Positions 1 to 11,336 are shown, numbered from the stretch's first letter. The stretch is DNA of 64,000 nucleotides from an uncultured Planctomycetaceae bacterium (GCA_903885565.1 CAISJI010000010.1:899-64898), one strand, 5' to 3'. Notes: generated by a model from the sequence alone, not told the origin. Numbers and translations are program-made.

Positions 1-140
1 GGAGCCCAGTCAGGGGCTGAGAGTGTGCGGGGCTCACCGGAGCCATTGATCGGCAACACCGAGGCGGAATCGATCAGCAGCAGTTCCGCCCCGACGATGC
101 AGGCAAAGATCCCGGTTGCCAGAAAGAAAGTTTTCCACAT
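1..140 (-). CDS. Small membrane protein, runs off the window edge
   Basis: ATG at 140, own translation MWKTFFLATGIFACIVGAELLLIDSASVLPINGSGEPRTLSAPDWA...; hydrophobic N-terminal helix; not in ORF track. Confidence 0.65.
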   Translation of the reverse strand, partial: MWKTFFLATGIFACIVGAELLLIDSASVLPINGSGEPRTLSAPDWA

Positions 141-335
141 GAGAGTGTGACAGCCTGGGCTGCCGTGGGCTGCGGGGAGTTGGGGTTGGGGGCGACCCTG
201 GGCTGAAGCGGCCGGGAGGGCGATATCACACGGTTCTTCGGCACGTGTCCCTCTCCGGCATCACAGCCCCCTGCCACCCGGCAGGTGGTGAGGATTGTAG
301 CGACAACAGCAGGCCGGCGTACCGTCTGGAAGCGC

Positions 336-2474
336 TTACGTGGCAGCCGCTGGAGCAGCCTCGCCACCAGCCAGCTCGGGTGCTCCGCGGGGCTCGCCGA
401 GCTCACCGGTAGACGAGCGTGTGGAGCGCCGTTCCGGCAGCGTGCCCGGCACGAGCTGCGGGCTGGCGGTGGTGGCCTCGATGATCTCGCGGAGCACATT
501 ACCGTCGAGAACCTCGGTTTCGATCAGTCGGCGCGTGATTGCCTCGAGCGCCGTTCGGCGGGTCGCCAGAATGCGACGCACGCGCTCGATGGCCTGATCG
601 ATGATTCGCCGCACCTCCTCGTCGATCTCCCGTGCCGTCTCTTCGCTGTGGGAACGGGCGGCGGGCAGTTCGGCGCCGCCACCGGTGAGGAAGGGGGAGC
701 GGGCACTCTCGCGGTAGTTCACCCGTCCCAGCTGGCTCATGCCGTAGTCCATCACCATCCCCCGGGCGATCTCGCTGGCCCGCTCCAGATCGTTCTGGGC
801 GCCGGTGGAGATGTCGTCGTACACCATCTCCTCCGCGATCGTGCCTCCGAGCAGAACCTGGATCCGGCTCTCCAGCTCACTCTGCGTCAGCAGGTAGCGG
901 TCGTCCTCGGGCCGCTGCATCGTGTAGCCCAGCGCCGCCAAACCGCGGGGGATGATCGAAACCTTGTGCACAGGATCGGTGTTGGGAAGGGAATAGGCGA
1001 CCAGCGCATGAGCAGCTTCGTGGACGGCAACCCGCTTCTTCTCGTCCTCGTGGATCACCCGTTTTTTCTTCTCCAGCCCTGCCGTGACGCGTTCCACCCC
1101 CTCGTTGAATTCCTCCATCCCGACAGATGTCTTGTTGTTGCGGGCGGCGAGCAGAGCGGCCTCGTTGACGAGGTTGGCCAGATCGGCCCCGCAGAAGCCG
1201 GAGGTGATCCGGGCCACCTGCTGGAGATTCACCGAGGGATTGAGTTTCACCTCCTGAACATGCACCTTCAGAATCGCCTCGCGCCCGCGAACATCGGGGC
1301 GGTCAACGAGCACATGCCGATCGAAGCGGCCGGGGCGCAGCAGAGCCGGATCGAGCGTTTCGGGACGGTTGGTCGCCGCCATCACGATCACGCCGCTGTT
1401 GCTGCCGAAACCATCCATCTCGACCAGCAGGGCGTTGAGTGTCTGCTCGCGCTCGTCATGGCCGCCCACCACGCTCGAGCCGCGTGTTTTCCCCAGGGCG
1501 TCGAGTTCGTCGATGAAGATGATGCAGGGAGCCTTCGACTCGGCCTGCTGGAACAGGTCGCGCACTCGGGCAGCCCCGACGCCGACGAACATCTCCACAA
1601 AATCGCTCCCCGAGAGCCCGAAGAAGGGTACGCCTGCCTCCCCGGCAATCGCCTTGGCAAGGAGTGTCTTGCCCGTTCCCGGCGGGCCGACCAGCAGCAC
1701 CCCCTTGGGAATATGGCCGCCGAGCACCTGGTATTTTTCCGGGCTGCGAAGAAACTCCACCACCTCCCGCAATTCGTCGACGGCCTCATCGATGCCCGCC
1801 ACGTCGTCAAACGTGATCCCCAGATCCTCCTGGGCATACATCTTGCCCCGACTGCGGCCGAAGGCCATCGGGCTGCCGGCCCCGCCGAGCCGTTTCATCA
1901 TCAGATAGAAGAGCAGGCCGAAAAGACTCGTCAGGAAGAGCATCGGCAGCCAGTTACGCCACGGGCCGGGGGCCTCCTCGTAGCGGTACGGCACGCCATT
2001 TTCGGCCAGCAATCGGGAGAGCTGTCCCTCAGAATTTTCACTCGGCAGTTTGGCGGTGTGAAATCTCCGTCGCGAGCCGGGAATCCCGCTGCGGGAGGCG
2101 GGCGTTTCGCCCGCCTGCTCATGCTCCTCCGCGTTCTCCTCCGGCATCTCGCTGACCGTTCCCGACACGCTGTAGGCGCCGATCACCACATCGCTGAGCT
2201 GGCCATACCGGGCCATGTGATCGCTGCCGGCGGAGGGGTCTTCGATTTTCACGGAGCGAACCGGCTGTGGCTCACCGTCGGCCGGCGTGCCCGACGCCCG
2301 GATCAGATGTTCCAGATCGCTGTATGAGAGCGACAGCTCGGGAACCGTCGCCAGCAGGCTCATGGCAAACAGACCTGCCACCCCCACGGCGATCAGCGAC
2401 CACACCATATTCGCTCCACCAAAAGAATTTTTGCGGTCGGCTTGGCGCTTGGGGAAGTCGCGTTTGGTGGGCAT
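336..2474 (-). CDS. ftsH: ATP-dependent zinc metalloprotease FtsH
   Basis: Two TM segments, Walker A GPPGTGKT, Walker [26 protein letters not shown] zinc motif; start taken at MPTKRDF. Confidence 0.97.
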   Translation of the reverse strand: MPTKRDFPKRQADRKNSFGGANMVWSLIAVGVAGLFAMSLLATVPELSLSYSDLEHLIRASGTPADGEPQPVRSVKIEDPSAGSDHMARYGQLSDVVIGAYSVSGTVSEMPEENAEEHEQAGETPASRSGIPGSRRRFHTAKLPSENSEGQLSRLLAENGVPYRYEEAPGPWRNWLPMLFLTSLFGLLFYLMMKRLGGAGSPMAFGRSRGKMYAQEDLGITFDDVAGIDEAVDELREVVEFLRSPEKYQVLGGHIPKGVLLVGPPGTGKTLLAKAIAGEAGVPFFGLSGSDFVEMFVGVGAARVRDLFQQAESKAPCIIFIDELDALGKTRGSSVVGGHDEREQTLNALLVEMDGFGSNSGVIVMAATNRPETLDPALLRPGRFDRHVLVDRPDVRGREAILKVHVQEVKLNPSVNLQQVARITSGFCGADLANLVNEAALLAARNNKTSVGMEEFNEGVERVTAGLEKKKRVIHEDEKKRVAVHEAAHALVAYSLPNTDPVHKVSIIPRGLAALGYTMQRPEDDRYLLTQSELESRIQVLLGGTIAEEMVYDDISTGAQNDLERASEIARGMVMDYGMSQLGRVNYRESARSPFLTGGGAELPAARSHSEETAREIDEEVRRIIDQAIERVRRILATRRTALEAITRRLIETEVLDGNVLREIIEATTASPQLVPGTLPERRSTRSSTGELGEPRGAPELAGGEAAPAAAT

Positions 2475-2675
2475 GGATGCTCGCAGAGGAGGGGAACGAT
2501 CGGAGGCTCGAGAACCGATATCAGTGCATCCTAAGCGTCCCCCCCCCGGGAAACAAATCTCCGGTATCTCGCCAGTCCCGGGAAGAAACGCGCATCCGGA
2601 ACTTGAAGTGGAAGTTCGCCCCACAAAAACCTAAGATTCAGGCTGCCGCTCCGCTCGTCCCCCGCGTCGAACCTC

Positions 2676-3899
2676 ATGCCCCAACCCCCGCGATCCTCCC
2701 CCGCCGCCGCCCCTTCGCCCGCTGTTTCCCGGCCGACTGAGGCTGGCCCGCTGCAGGTGGCTGTGCTGGGATCGACCGGGAGCGTGGGGAGCAGCACGCT
2801 GGAGGTGATCGCGGCCTCGCAGGGGCGGTTCACGCCCTATCTCTTGGCGGCCCATCGCAGCACGAAACGGCTGCTGGAGCAGGCACATGCCTGCCGGCCT
2901 CGCTATCTGGTGGTGGTCGATCCGGAGGCCGCCGCCGCGATTGGAGCCGACGCCCTCCCGGCAGGCACCCGCCTGGCAGTCGGCCCTGAGGCGCTCAACG
3001 ATCTCGTGCAGCAACCGGAGGTGGATCGGGTTGTGTCGGCGATTGTCGGCGCCGCGGGCCTCTCCAGCACCTGGGCGGCCGTGGAGGCGGGCAAGATGGT
3101 GGCCTTGGCCAACAAGGAAACGCTCGTGATGGCCGGGCCTCTGGTAATGCGTTTGGCGGTGCAGACCGGGGCGCGCATCCTACCGGTAGACAGCGAGCAC
3201 TCCGCCATCCATCAGGCGCTACGGGCTGGCACGCCCGCCGAGGTGACCCGCCTCGTGCTCACCGCCAGTGGTGGCCCCTTTCGATCCCATTCGCGGGCGG
3301 CCCTGGCCGAGGTGACACTCGCTGAGGCGCTGCGACACCCCACCTGGTCGATGGGGCCCAAGATCACGATCGACTCCGCCACGATGATGAACAAGGCGCT
3401 GGAATTGATCGAGGCCAGATGGCTCTTCGGGCTGCCGGCGGAGAAGCTGGCTGTGCTTGTTCACCCCCAGTCGATCGTCCATTCCCTGGTGGAGTTTGTC
3501 GATGGCTCGGTGCTGGCGCAGCTCAGCCCGCCCGACATGAAACTCCCGATTCAATATGCCCTCTCCTATCCGCAGCGCCATCCGGGCCCCGCCCGGCGCT
3601 TCGACTACACACAGAGCATGCGTTTGGACTTCGAGCCGCCCGATCCCGAACGGTTTCCTGCCGTGCGGCTGGGGCATGAGGCGGCGCAGCGTGGCGGCAC
3701 CTGCGGGGCGGTGCTCAACGCCGCCAACGAGGAGGCTGTGCGCGGATTCATGGCGGGAGAGCTGCGGTTTACAGACATCGCCGATGTCTGTGGCCGGGTG
3801 CTGGCGGAGCATGCGTTTCAACCCGAGCCTTCGCTCGACGACGTCCGTCGACTCGATGCATGGGCAAGACAGGAGGTCGTCAAGTGGGCGTGTGTCTGA
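2676..3899 (+). CDS. dxr: 1-deoxy-D-xylulose-5-phosphate reductoisomerase
   Basis: LGSTGSVG, LANKE, PVDSEHSA, HPTWSMGPKITIDSATMMNK. Confidence 0.98.
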   Translation: MPQPPRSSPAAAPSPAVSRPTEAGPLQVAVLGSTGSVGSSTLEVIAASQGRFTPYLLAAHRSTKRLLEQAHACRPRYLVVVDPEAAAAIGADALPAGTRLAVGPEALNDLVQQPEVDRVVSAIVGAAGLSSTWAAVEAGKMVALANKETLVMAGPLVMRLAVQTGARILPVDSEHSAIHQALRAGTPAEVTRLVLTASGGPFRSHSRAALAEVTLAEALRHPTWSMGPKITIDSATMMNKALELIEARWLFGLPAEKLAVLVHPQSIVHSLVEFVDGSVLAQLSPPDMKLPIQYALSYPQRHPGPARRFDYTQSMRLDFEPPDPERFPAVRLGHEAAQRGGTCGAVLNAANEEAVRGFMAGELRFTDIADVCGRVLAEHAFQPEPSLDDVRRLDAWARQEVVKWACV

Positions 3900-6001
3900 T
3901 GATGGGAATGATGGCTGCGGACAGTTTCCCGGCAGCGGGAGTGCTGCTGGCTGCCGGTTCGTGGGCGGCGTGGCTGATGCAGCCGGCGAACTGGTGGGTG
4001 ATTCTGCAGGTGGCCGGTGGCCTGGGATTTGTGATCTTCGTTCACGAGCTGGGGCACTTTCTCGTGGCTAAGGCCTGCGGAGTGAAGTGCGAGAAGTTTT
4101 TCCTCGGATTTGATGTGGGCGGACTCAAACTCGCCAGCTTCAAGTGGGGCGAAACTGAATATGGCATCGGCGCCCTTCCTCTGGGCGGCTATGTGAAAAT
4201 GCTCGGTCAGGACGACAACCCCTCCGCGGCCGCCAACGAGGCGCAGCGGGCCCGGGGCACGATGGGCGATCTTCCGGCTGAGCCGGTGGCCGGCCCCCAC
4301 CCTGTCTGGGATCCCCGCAGCTACCCTGCCCAGAGCGTTCCCAAGCGGATGGCGATCATCTCCGCCGGCGTCATCATGAACACGATCTTCGCCTTTCTGA
4401 TGGCCTCATGGGCCTTTGGCCTGGGGGTGAAGGAGCTCACCTGCGCGGTGTCGAGCGTGCGCCCGGGCGGCGCCGCTTGGCGGGCAGGCATGCGCAGCGG
4501 CGACGAAATCACCGCGATTGGCAGCCGGCAGAACCCGATCTTCACAGACCTGCAGAAGGGGGTCACGCTCGGCGATGTGGCCAAGGGGGTCGAGTTCACG
4601 ATCCACCGTCCCTCCGACAATTCCACCCGCACCGTGACGCTCCACCCCGACACCGATCTGGGTGTGCCGACCGTCGGCGTGACCAGTCCGTTTTCGCTCA
4701 CGCTGCCCAAGGATCTTGGCGAGGGGCTGCCCGGGAGCGCCGGGGCTGCCCAGCCCGCCCTCGCTGCCGGCGACACGATCCGGGCTGTCGACGGCCAGCC
4801 GGTGGCAAACTACGCAGAACTGATCGGCCTGCTCAACACCCGCAGTGACAAGCCGGTGACGCTCACCGTCGAGCGGGCCGGGCTGGCGGGAAGCGCAGCG
4901 GTCGAAACCCTGGCGGTGGAGATCCCCGTTCAGCCACTGCTGGCCACGGGGATGACGATGACGCCGCTGCCGATCAAGGCGGTGCAGGAGGGGTCGCCCG
5001 CCGCCGCTGCGGGGATTCAGCAGGGAGATCTGCTCGAGACAATCGATGGCGCCGCTGTGGGCGACCCGCTGGCGGTGGAAGCTCGGCTGCGGAGCATGGC
5101 CGGCCGGAGCGTGGTGCTCACGCTGCGGCGCGAGGGGGCCGAAAAGAGCCTCACGGTGACACCGCGGGCGGTCGACTGGATCGAGGAATCGAGGCTGCCG
5201 ATGAGCCCGGTGTCGCTGGCGTCGCTGGGCGTGGCGCTCCCTGTGGCGGCGACAGTGGCTGCCGTGGAGCCGGAGAGCCCCGCTGCGCGGGCCGGCATTC
5301 AGACCGGAGAGCGGGTGGTGCGGGTACGGTTTTTGGATCCCCAGGAGCTTGGTCCAGATGGCAAGCCTGCAGGGGCCACAGGGCCGGACAAGGGCTTGGA
5401 GCTGACCGACAAATCCCCCAGCTGGCCCTACGTCGCCACCAGCCTGCAGATGGTTCCAGCCGGAACGCAACTGCTGCTGAGAGTTGCCGCGGCGGATGGG
5501 ACGGAGCGGGATGTGCAACTGGTGCCGGCCGTGGCGGCGGGCCGGTTTGTCACCGACCGTGGTCTGGTCTTCGAGCCGCTCTATCGCAATGTGAAGGCGG
5601 GATCTTTTGCCGGGGCGCTGGCTCTGGGCGGCCGCAAGGTGCTGGAGGATCTGTCGCTGGTCTATCGGTTCCTGCAGAAGCTGACCAGCAATCAGATCAG
5701 CCCCCGGCTCCTGGGAGGGCCCATCGAGATCGCCAAGCAGGCGGGCAAATCGGCCGAGGAAGGATTCAGCCGCCTGCTGCTGTTTTTGACGATGCTCAGC
5801 GCCAATCTGGCGGTGGTCAATTTTCTGCCCATCCCCGTTCTCGACGGCGGGCATATGGTTTTTCTGGCGTATGAATGGCTCCGCGGCAAGCCTCCGAGCG
5901 AAGGCGTGGTGGTGGCCCTGAGCTATCTGGGACTGATTCTGATTCTGTCGCTGATGCTGTTTGTGTTTGGTCTCGATCTGGGGCTGATTCCGCGGCATTA
6001 A
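3899..6001 (+). CDS. rseP: Site-2 protease RseP (M50) with multiple PDZ domains
   Basis: HELGH, LGGYVKM, NFLPIPVLDGG; several SPAAxAG PDZ repeats; follows dxr. Confidence 0.95.
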   Translation: MMGMMAADSFPAAGVLLAAGSWAAWLMQPANWWVILQVAGGLGFVIFVHELGHFLVAKACGVKCEKFFLGFDVGGLKLASFKWGETEYGIGALPLGGYVKMLGQDDNPSAAANEAQRARGTMGDLPAEPVAGPHPVWDPRSYPAQSVPKRMAIISAGVIMNTIFAFLMASWAFGLGVKELTCAVSSVRPGGAAWRAGMRSGDEITAIGSRQNPIFTDLQKGVTLGDVAKGVEFTIHRPSDNSTRTVTLHPDTDLGVPTVGVTSPFSLTLPKDLGEGLPGSAGAAQPALAAGDTIRAVDGQPVANYAELIGLLNTRSDKPVTLTVERAGLAGSAAVETLAVEIPVQPLLATGMTMTPLPIKAVQEGSPAAAAGIQQGDLLETIDGAAVGDPLAVEARLRSMAGRSVVLTLRREGAEKSLTVTPRAVDWIEESRLPMSPVSLASLGVALPVAATVAAVEPESPAARAGIQTGERVVRVRFLDPQELGPDGKPAGATGPDKGLELTDKSPSWPYVATSLQMVPAGTQLLLRVAAADGTERDVQLVPAVAAGRFVTDRGLVFEPLYRNVKAGSFAGALALGGRKVLEDLSLVYRFLQKLTSNQISPRLLGGPIEIAKQAGKSAEEGFSRLLLFLTMLSANLAVVNFLPIPVLDGGHMVFLAYEWLRGKPPSEGVVVALSYLGLILILSLMLFVFGLDLGLIPRH

Positions 6002-6005
6002 ACCC

Positions 6006-6719
6006 TTGCCGTTGGCCGGTGTACCCGTGAGCAACACCATCGATCGAGCCGCTGCAGCAAGCCTCCCGCCCGGGCAGTGGGTGCCACCGGCAAGGGTGCG
6101 CGTGGTGGTGTTTGATGTGGTGGGCACGTTGGTAGAGCCCCATCCCTCCGTGGCAGTCGCCTACCAGCAGGCCGGCCTGCGGCAGAGAGTGGCCTGTGAC
6201 GCCGCCGACATCCAGCGGCGGTTTGCTCAGGCCTGGCGGCAGCAGGAACTGCTCGACGCCGCTGCAGTGCCCTCCTTCGCCACCAGTCAGGCCCGTGAGG
6301 AAGAGCGCTGGCGGAGGATTGTCGAGGAGGTGTTTGCTGGCGCGGCGTCCCTTGAGCAAACGGCGGCGATCTTTGCCGAGTTATGGAATCACTTTGGCGA
6401 GCCCTCGTCCTGGCGTCCCGTTGCCGCCGGCCAGCAGATGCTGCAGGCGGCCCTTCAGGCTGGGGCAGGGGTGGTGCTGGCGAGCAATTTTGACGACCGC
6501 CTCCTGCGGCTGGCCAAACACTTGCATCCCCTCACCTCCGCGCAGGAGGTGTTTGCCTCGTCGGCCATCGGCTGGCGGAAGCCGGCCCCGGAGTTTTTCC
6601 GCTGGATCGAGGCCCGGCTCGGCTGTGGCCCCGACGAACTTATGCTCGTGGGCGACAACCCCCTGCTCGATATCGCCGCCGCCACGCAGGCTGGCTGGCA
6701 GGCTCAGGCCGTGGCCTAA
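6006..6719 (+). CDS. HAD-superfamily hydrolase
   Basis: FDVVGTL, SNFD, KPAPEFF, VGDN motifs; start uncertain. Confidence 0.88.
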   Translation: MPLAGVPVSNTIDRAAAASLPPGQWVPPARVRVVVFDVVGTLVEPHPSVAVAYQQAGLRQRVACDAADIQRRFAQAWRQQELLDAAAVPSFATSQAREEERWRRIVEEVFAGAASLEQTAAIFAELWNHFGEPSSWRPVAAGQQMLQAALQAGAGVVLASNFDDRLLRLAKHLHPLTSAQEVFASSAIGWRKPAPEFFRWIEARLGCGPDELMLVGDNPLLDIAAATQAGWQAQAVA

Positions 6720-6843
6720 AGGGGCTGGCTGGAGCGTGGTTGTGGCAGGCAATCGCCTGACAAACGCGGTATATTGCGGCGGGGTCGGTTCCGTCGCTGG
6801 TCCCCCGTCTGTATTCCTTTCCCCCCAAGACAAAGGTTTGAGC

Positions 6844-7680
6844 ATGTCGCTGTCTGCCACTCATCGCCGAGGTTTTCTCCGCACCAGCGCCGCTCTGGCG
6901 TGCGCCGCCGCCTTTCCCTGGACGCGGTCGGCCCAGGCCGCGGCGGGCGACTTGAATCTCGGCATCCAGATGTTTTCGCTGCGGGGATACAAGGTCGATG
7001 AGGCGATGCAGCATGCAGCTGATCTGGGATTCAAGTTTGTCGAGTTCTACGGCGGCATGTTCCCGATCGATTCCGATGCTGCCGCCATCGCCGGAATGAA
7101 GAAGAAGCTCGCCGATCTGGGGCTCACGATCAGCGCCCATGGGGTGAACGGGTTTGGCGGCGACGCCGCTGCCAACCGCAAGGTGTTTGAATTCGCCAAG
7201 GCGGTGGGCATTCCGACGATCACCTGCGATCCGAGCCCCGAGGCCTTCAAGAGCCTCGATGAGCTGGTCAAGGAATTCGACATCCGCGTCGCCATCCACA
7301 ACCACGGCCCCAAGAGCCGCTACAACAAGGCGATCGATGTGCTCAAGGCGATCGAGGGGCATGACGAGCGGATCGGCGCCTGCGCTGACTTGGGCCACTA
7401 CATCCGCTCGGGTGAAAAGCCGACCGAGGTGATCCGGCTGCTCAAGGGGCGGCTGTATGGCGTGCATCTCAAGGACTTTAAGGAGATGCAGGACAAGACC
7501 ACCGGTGTGATTCTCGGCCGTGGGCATCTCGATGTGCCGGCGGTGTTTGCCGCCCTGGAGCAGGCCGGCTTCCCCGAGAACGGGGCCCTGTCGCTGGAAT
7601 ATGAGGAAAACCCAGAAAACCCGCTCAACGATATCCGCGAATGCATTCAGGTGGCGCAGGATGCGATGGCCAAGGCCTAA
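6844..7680 (+). CDS. Sugar phosphate isomerase/epimerase (TIM barrel) with Tat signal
   Basis: HRRGFL Tat motif, IHNHG, DLGH, HLKD, SLEYE. Confidence 0.88.
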   Translation: MSLSATHRRGFLRTSAALACAAAFPWTRSAQAAAGDLNLGIQMFSLRGYKVDEAMQHAADLGFKFVEFYGGMFPIDSDAAAIAGMKKKLADLGLTISAHGVNGFGGDAAANRKVFEFAKAVGIPTITCDPSPEAFKSLDELVKEFDIRVAIHNHGPKSRYNKAIDVLKAIEGHDERIGACADLGHYIRSGEKPTEVIRLLKGRLYGVHLKDFKEMQDKTTGVILGRGHLDVPAVFAALEQAGFPENGALSLEYEENPENPLNDIRECIQVAQDAMAKA

Positions 7681-7832
7681 CAGGCTGTGGATAGAGTGCA
7701 GCATCGCTGGATGCGATGCCCGTCGACCGTGGAAACGCCAACCGGGCCCTCGACGGGGGCGTTTCCACCGGTCGACCGAGTGGGCTGTCTTCAATCCAGA
7801 GGTCATGGATGGCTTTTTTCACGGACAGCTAA
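7677..7832 (+). mobile_element. MITE family A copy 1
   Basis: CTAA|CAGGCTGTGGA...TTTTTTCACGGACAG|CTAA; internal GTCGACCGTGGAAA...TTTCCACCGGTCGAC hairpin; homologous to four other full copies. Confidence 0.85.
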
Positions 7833-7858
7833 GTCCGGAGGTTTCGAAGGGATGTTCT

Positions 7859-9133
7859 ATGAACGGGCCTGATGTCAGGCTGAGCCGTCAGAGGGCGATG
7901 CCGGTTTGCCTCTGGCGTCTGCCTGGCGCGATTGTGATCTGTTTGTTCATGCTGTGCATGGCCGCAGAGGGCCGGGCGGCGCCACCCACTGAACAGGCGC
8001 TTGAGGCTGCTCTTGGGGCCATTCGCGCGGTGGACCACGAAGGCCGCGGCAACGCGGCGGCGGGGACGGCTTGGAACGTGGTGGCGGCGGCCGATGTCGG
8101 TGCGCTGCCGCGCATTCTGGCTGCCATGGATGGGGCCAACCCGCTGGCCGCCGGCTGGCTGTTGGCAGCGGTCGACCAGATTGTGGCCCGGCATCCCCGG
8201 CTCGATCCCGACCCACTGTGTGCCTTTCTGGCTGACACCAGCCATGAGCCGCGGGCCCGCCGGCTGGCCTTCGATCTGGTGGCAGGCATTGATGGCCCGC
8301 GGGCGGAAAAACTCCTCGCCGGGCTGCTCGATGATCCCAGCGTGGAGCTGCGGCACGATGCAGTGGCACAGTTGATGGCACAAGCGGAGCAGGCCAAATC
8401 ATCTGGCAACACAAGCTTGGCGCTTGAGCAGTTCCAGACCGCCTTTGCCGCCGCTCGCGACATCGCGCAGGTGAAGGATTTGGCCGCTTCGATTCGAGGG
8501 CTCGGTGGCGAGGTCGATCTGCCGCGGCACCTCGGCTTCCTGATGAACTGGCAGGCGATCGGGCCGTTCGACAACACCGATGGAAAGGGCTTTGCGGCTG
8601 AATATCCGCCGGAGCGGGGGGTCGATCTGTCGGCAACTCTTGCGGGGCAGGGAGGACCGGTGCAGTGGCAGGTTCTCGCCACGCGCGACGAATTTGGCAT
8701 GGTCGATATCAATCCGCTCTATCCGCCCCCGGCCCCCGCGGACGCCAGTCGGTCCGCCGCTGACGCCGGTGGCAAGGAAGGGCTTAAGGAGGTGGTGGCC
8801 TATGCGGTCACCTCCTACGATTCCCCGCAGGGGGGCCCGGCGGAACTGCGGCTCGGGACCAAAAATGCCTGGAAGATCTGGCTCAACGGGCAGCTTGTCT
8901 TTGAGCGCGAGGAATACCACCGGGGGATGGATGTTGATCAGTATCGGTTGCCTGTGACACTCCAGCCGGGGCCCAATGCCATTCTGATCAAGCTCTGCCA
9001 GGACGCCCAGCGCAAGCCCTGGACGACCGAGTGGCAGTTTCAGCTGCGGGTCTGCGACAGTATCGGCACGGCGCTTCCGGCAGGCAGGCAGCAGGCCCAA
9101 GTGCCGCCGCCAGCAGTGGAGAATATTCGGTGA
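7859..9133 (+). CDS. Secreted hypothetical protein (HEAT-like helical N-region, beta-sandwich C-domain)
   Basis: Signal peptide, LLDDPSVELRHDA, WQAIGPFDN, IWLNG..., LQPGPNAILIKL. Confidence 0.75.
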   Translation: MNGPDVRLSRQRAMPVCLWRLPGAIVICLFMLCMAAEGRAAPPTEQALEAALGAIRAVDHEGRGNAAAGTAWNVVAAADVGALPRILAAMDGANPLAAGWLLAAVDQIVARHPRLDPDPLCAFLADTSHEPRARRLAFDLVAGIDGPRAEKLLAGLLDDPSVELRHDAVAQLMAQAEQAKSSGNTSLALEQFQTAFAAARDIAQVKDLAASIRGLGGEVDLPRHLGFLMNWQAIGPFDNTDGKGFAAEYPPERGVDLSATLAGQGGPVQWQVLATRDEFGMVDINPLYPPPAPADASRSAADAGGKEGLKEVVAYAVTSYDSPQGGPAELRLGTKNAWKIWLNGQLVFEREEYHRGMDVDQYRLPVTLQPGPNAILIKLCQDAQRKPWTTEWQFQLRVCDSIGTALPAGRQQAQVPPPAVENIR

Positions 9134-10335
9134 ACTCTTTCTCTCTTCGATGCAGCCTGCTGACGGGCCTCGTTTGGACATCGCTCGTGGTGGCCAGTGG
9201 CGCGGAGGAATGGCCGGCCTTTCGCGGGCCCAATGGCAGCAGCCTCGTGCCCGCCGGAGTTTTGCCGGTGGAGCTGTCTGCTGCCACGAGGAAGTGGTCG
9301 GTCTCCCTGCCGGGCCGCGGCCTGTCGGGAGCGGTGGTGGTCGACGGCAAAGTCTTTGTCACAGCCAGCGCCGGCACCTCCCAGGATCGGTTGCATCTGC
9401 TCTGCCTCGATGCTCAAACCGGAAAGCTCCTCTGGGAACGGCGGGTATGGGCCACCGGTCGCACGATGTGCCATTCCAAAACGAGCGTCGCCGCCCCCAC
9501 GCCCTGCACCGACGGCAGCCATATCTACGCCCTTTTTTCGTCGAATGATGTCGTCTGTTTCGATCTGCAGGGGAGGCTCTGCTGGCTGCGCGGCATCACC
9601 CACGATTACCCCAACGTGAGCAATAGCCTCGGCATGGCGAGCTCCCCGCTGGTGAGTGGCAGCACGCTGGTGGTTCCGGTGGAGAACGACAGCGAGTCGT
9701 ATTGCCTGGGACTCGACACTGCCACTGGCGAAAACCGTTGGCGGATCGACCGGCCCAAGGGGGCCAACTGGACCTCCCCGGTGCTCGCCGGCCCTGCCGT
9801 GGTGGCACTCCAGTCGCGGGGGGGCATTGACGCTGTGCGGTTGGCCGATGGTGCGCCCCAGTGGAGCTTTTCAGGGGGCGCCGACACGATCTCCTCGAGC
9901 TGCTTTTTTGATCGCGTTCTTTATGTTCCTTCGAACGGCGTCACGGCGCTCGAGGCCGTGCCAAACGAAAGTAAGCCGCGGGAAATCTGGCAGAGCAACC
10001 GTCTCGCCCCCGGCACGGCCAGCCTGGTGGTGGCCGGAGACGCCGTCTACTGCCTCAACAAGGCCGATGTGCTCACCGCTGGCGAGCGGACCACCGGTGA
10101 GCGGCGTTGGCAACTGCGACTGCAGGGGCCATTTTCCGCCACGCCTGTTTCTGACGGCCAGCATCTGTGGGCGGTGAACGAGGCGGGGCTGGTGCAGGTG
10201 GTGGAGCTGGGAGAAAAAGAGGGGAAGATCGTCGCTACGTTTGATCTGGGGGACGAAATTCTCGCCAGCCCCGCGGTGGCCGATGGAGCGATCTATCTGC
10301 GCAGCAACTCCCGTCTCCATAAGCTCGCCCGTTAG
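9130..10335 (+). CDS. PQQ-binding-like beta-propeller protein
   Basis: WPAFRGPNG start, repeated LDAQTGKLLW / SSP motifs; GTGA overlap with upstream stop. Confidence 0.9.
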   Translation: MNSFSLRCSLLTGLVWTSLVVASGAEEWPAFRGPNGSSLVPAGVLPVELSAATRKWSVSLPGRGLSGAVVVDGKVFVTASAGTSQDRLHLLCLDAQTGKLLWERRVWATGRTMCHSKTSVAAPTPCTDGSHIYALFSSNDVVCFDLQGRLCWLRGITHDYPNVSNSLGMASSPLVSGSTLVVPVENDSESYCLGLDTATGENRWRIDRPKGANWTSPVLAGPAVVALQSRGGIDAVRLADGAPQWSFSGGADTISSSCFFDRVLYVPSNGVTALEAVPNESKPREIWQSNRLAPGTASLVVAGDAVYCLNKADVLTAGERTTGERRWQLRLQGPFSATPVSDGQHLWAVNEAGLVQVVELGEKEGKIVATFDLGDEILASPAVADGAIYLRSNSRLHKLAR

Positions 10336-10471
10336 CTGCCCGTGGAAAAAGTCATCCCTGACCCTTTGGATTGAAGTCAGTCCACTTTGCCGACCGGTGG
10401 AAACGCCGAGGTTTTCCACGGTCGGTAGGCATCGCCTCCAGCGATGCGGCACTTTATCCACAGCCTGCTAG
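10332..10471 (-). mobile_element. MITE family A copy 2 (inverted)
   Basis: TTAG|CTGCCCGTGGAAAAA...TATCCACAGCCTG|CTAG. Confidence 0.85.
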
Positions 10472-10616
10472 AGCGCATCCGGGATAGCTGTAGCGACGAC
10501 TGGGCAAATAGATCGAGCGATGTAGGCGGAGGGGTCGGCGAACGCTCGAGGAGCGTAAGCGACGAGACTTTTGCCGCCCCGAAGCCGACGCTACACGTAA
10601 ATCGGATGCGCTCTAG
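10468..10616 (+). mobile_element. MITE family B copy 1
   Basis: Perfect 14-bp inverted ends CTAGAGCGCATCCG / CGGATGCGCTCTAG; core shared with copies at 30114 and 57076. Confidence 0.85.
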
Positions 10617-10622
10617 GTGAGC

Positions 10623-11321
10623 CTACGGCACCTTCCAGCCGCGGAGCTGGCAGTGGAGCTGGGCGATCTTTCCCATGAAGTGGTCCATCCGGTAGGTGCC
10701 TGCCGCGAGCGTCATCTGGCGCTCTGCTTCTGCGGTATTTCCCTCCGCTTCGGCAAGGAGGCCAAGGTAAAGATGGGCGTAGCAACGCTGGTTGCGGCGG
10801 TTGCTCTCGGGGCCGGCATCGGCGGCGGTCAAAACCTTCTCGCCGCTTCCCTGGCCATGGTAGAGATCGAGCACCTCCTTCATCGGAATGCGGCCATCGC
10901 TGCCGACAGGGAGGAGTTGCTTTCGCGCTGTCTCCACATTCTTCGCCTTCGCCAGGCAGGCGAAGTGCCAGGTGGCATTCTCGACGTCGGCGGGGTTGAC
11001 CTCCCGATGGCGCTCAAACTGCGCCACGCCGTCGGCGTAGCGGCCGGCGTAGTAGAGGGCCAGGCCCCGCTGCCAGAGTTCCGGCTCGATCTCCGGCCGA
11101 AGCGTGACAAGCCCATCAAATGCGGCGGCCGATTCCTGCGGCTTGCCGGCGAAGAGGAGCTCAACGCCGTCGCTGAAGAGCTTTTGCGGGGAAGGGGGCT
11201 CAGCCGCCAGCAGAGGGCAACTCAAAACAGTGCTGCCCAGCAAGCCCAGAGAAGCGAGCACAGCGGCGAGCAGTCGGCGCCGTTGGCAGGTTCCCGCACG
11301 AAGCATGGTCTTCATCGCCAC
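10623..11321 (-). CDS. Secreted TPR protein (NlpI-like)
   Basis: Signal peptide; LWQRGLALYYAGRY, NPADVENATW, YAHLYLGL. Confidence 0.8.
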   Translation of the reverse strand: MAMKTMLRAGTCQRRRLLAAVLASLGLLGSTVLSCPLLAAEPPSPQKLFSDGVELLFAGKPQESAAAFDGLVTLRPEIEPELWQRGLALYYAGRYADGVAQFERHREVNPADVENATWHFACLAKAKNVETARKQLLPVGSDGRIPMKEVLDLYHGQGSGEKVLTAADAGPESNRRNQRCYAHLYLGLLAEAEGNTAEAERQMTLAAGTYRMDHFMGKIAQLHCQLRGWKVP

Positions 11322-11336
11322 ATCCTCAAGGCGAGG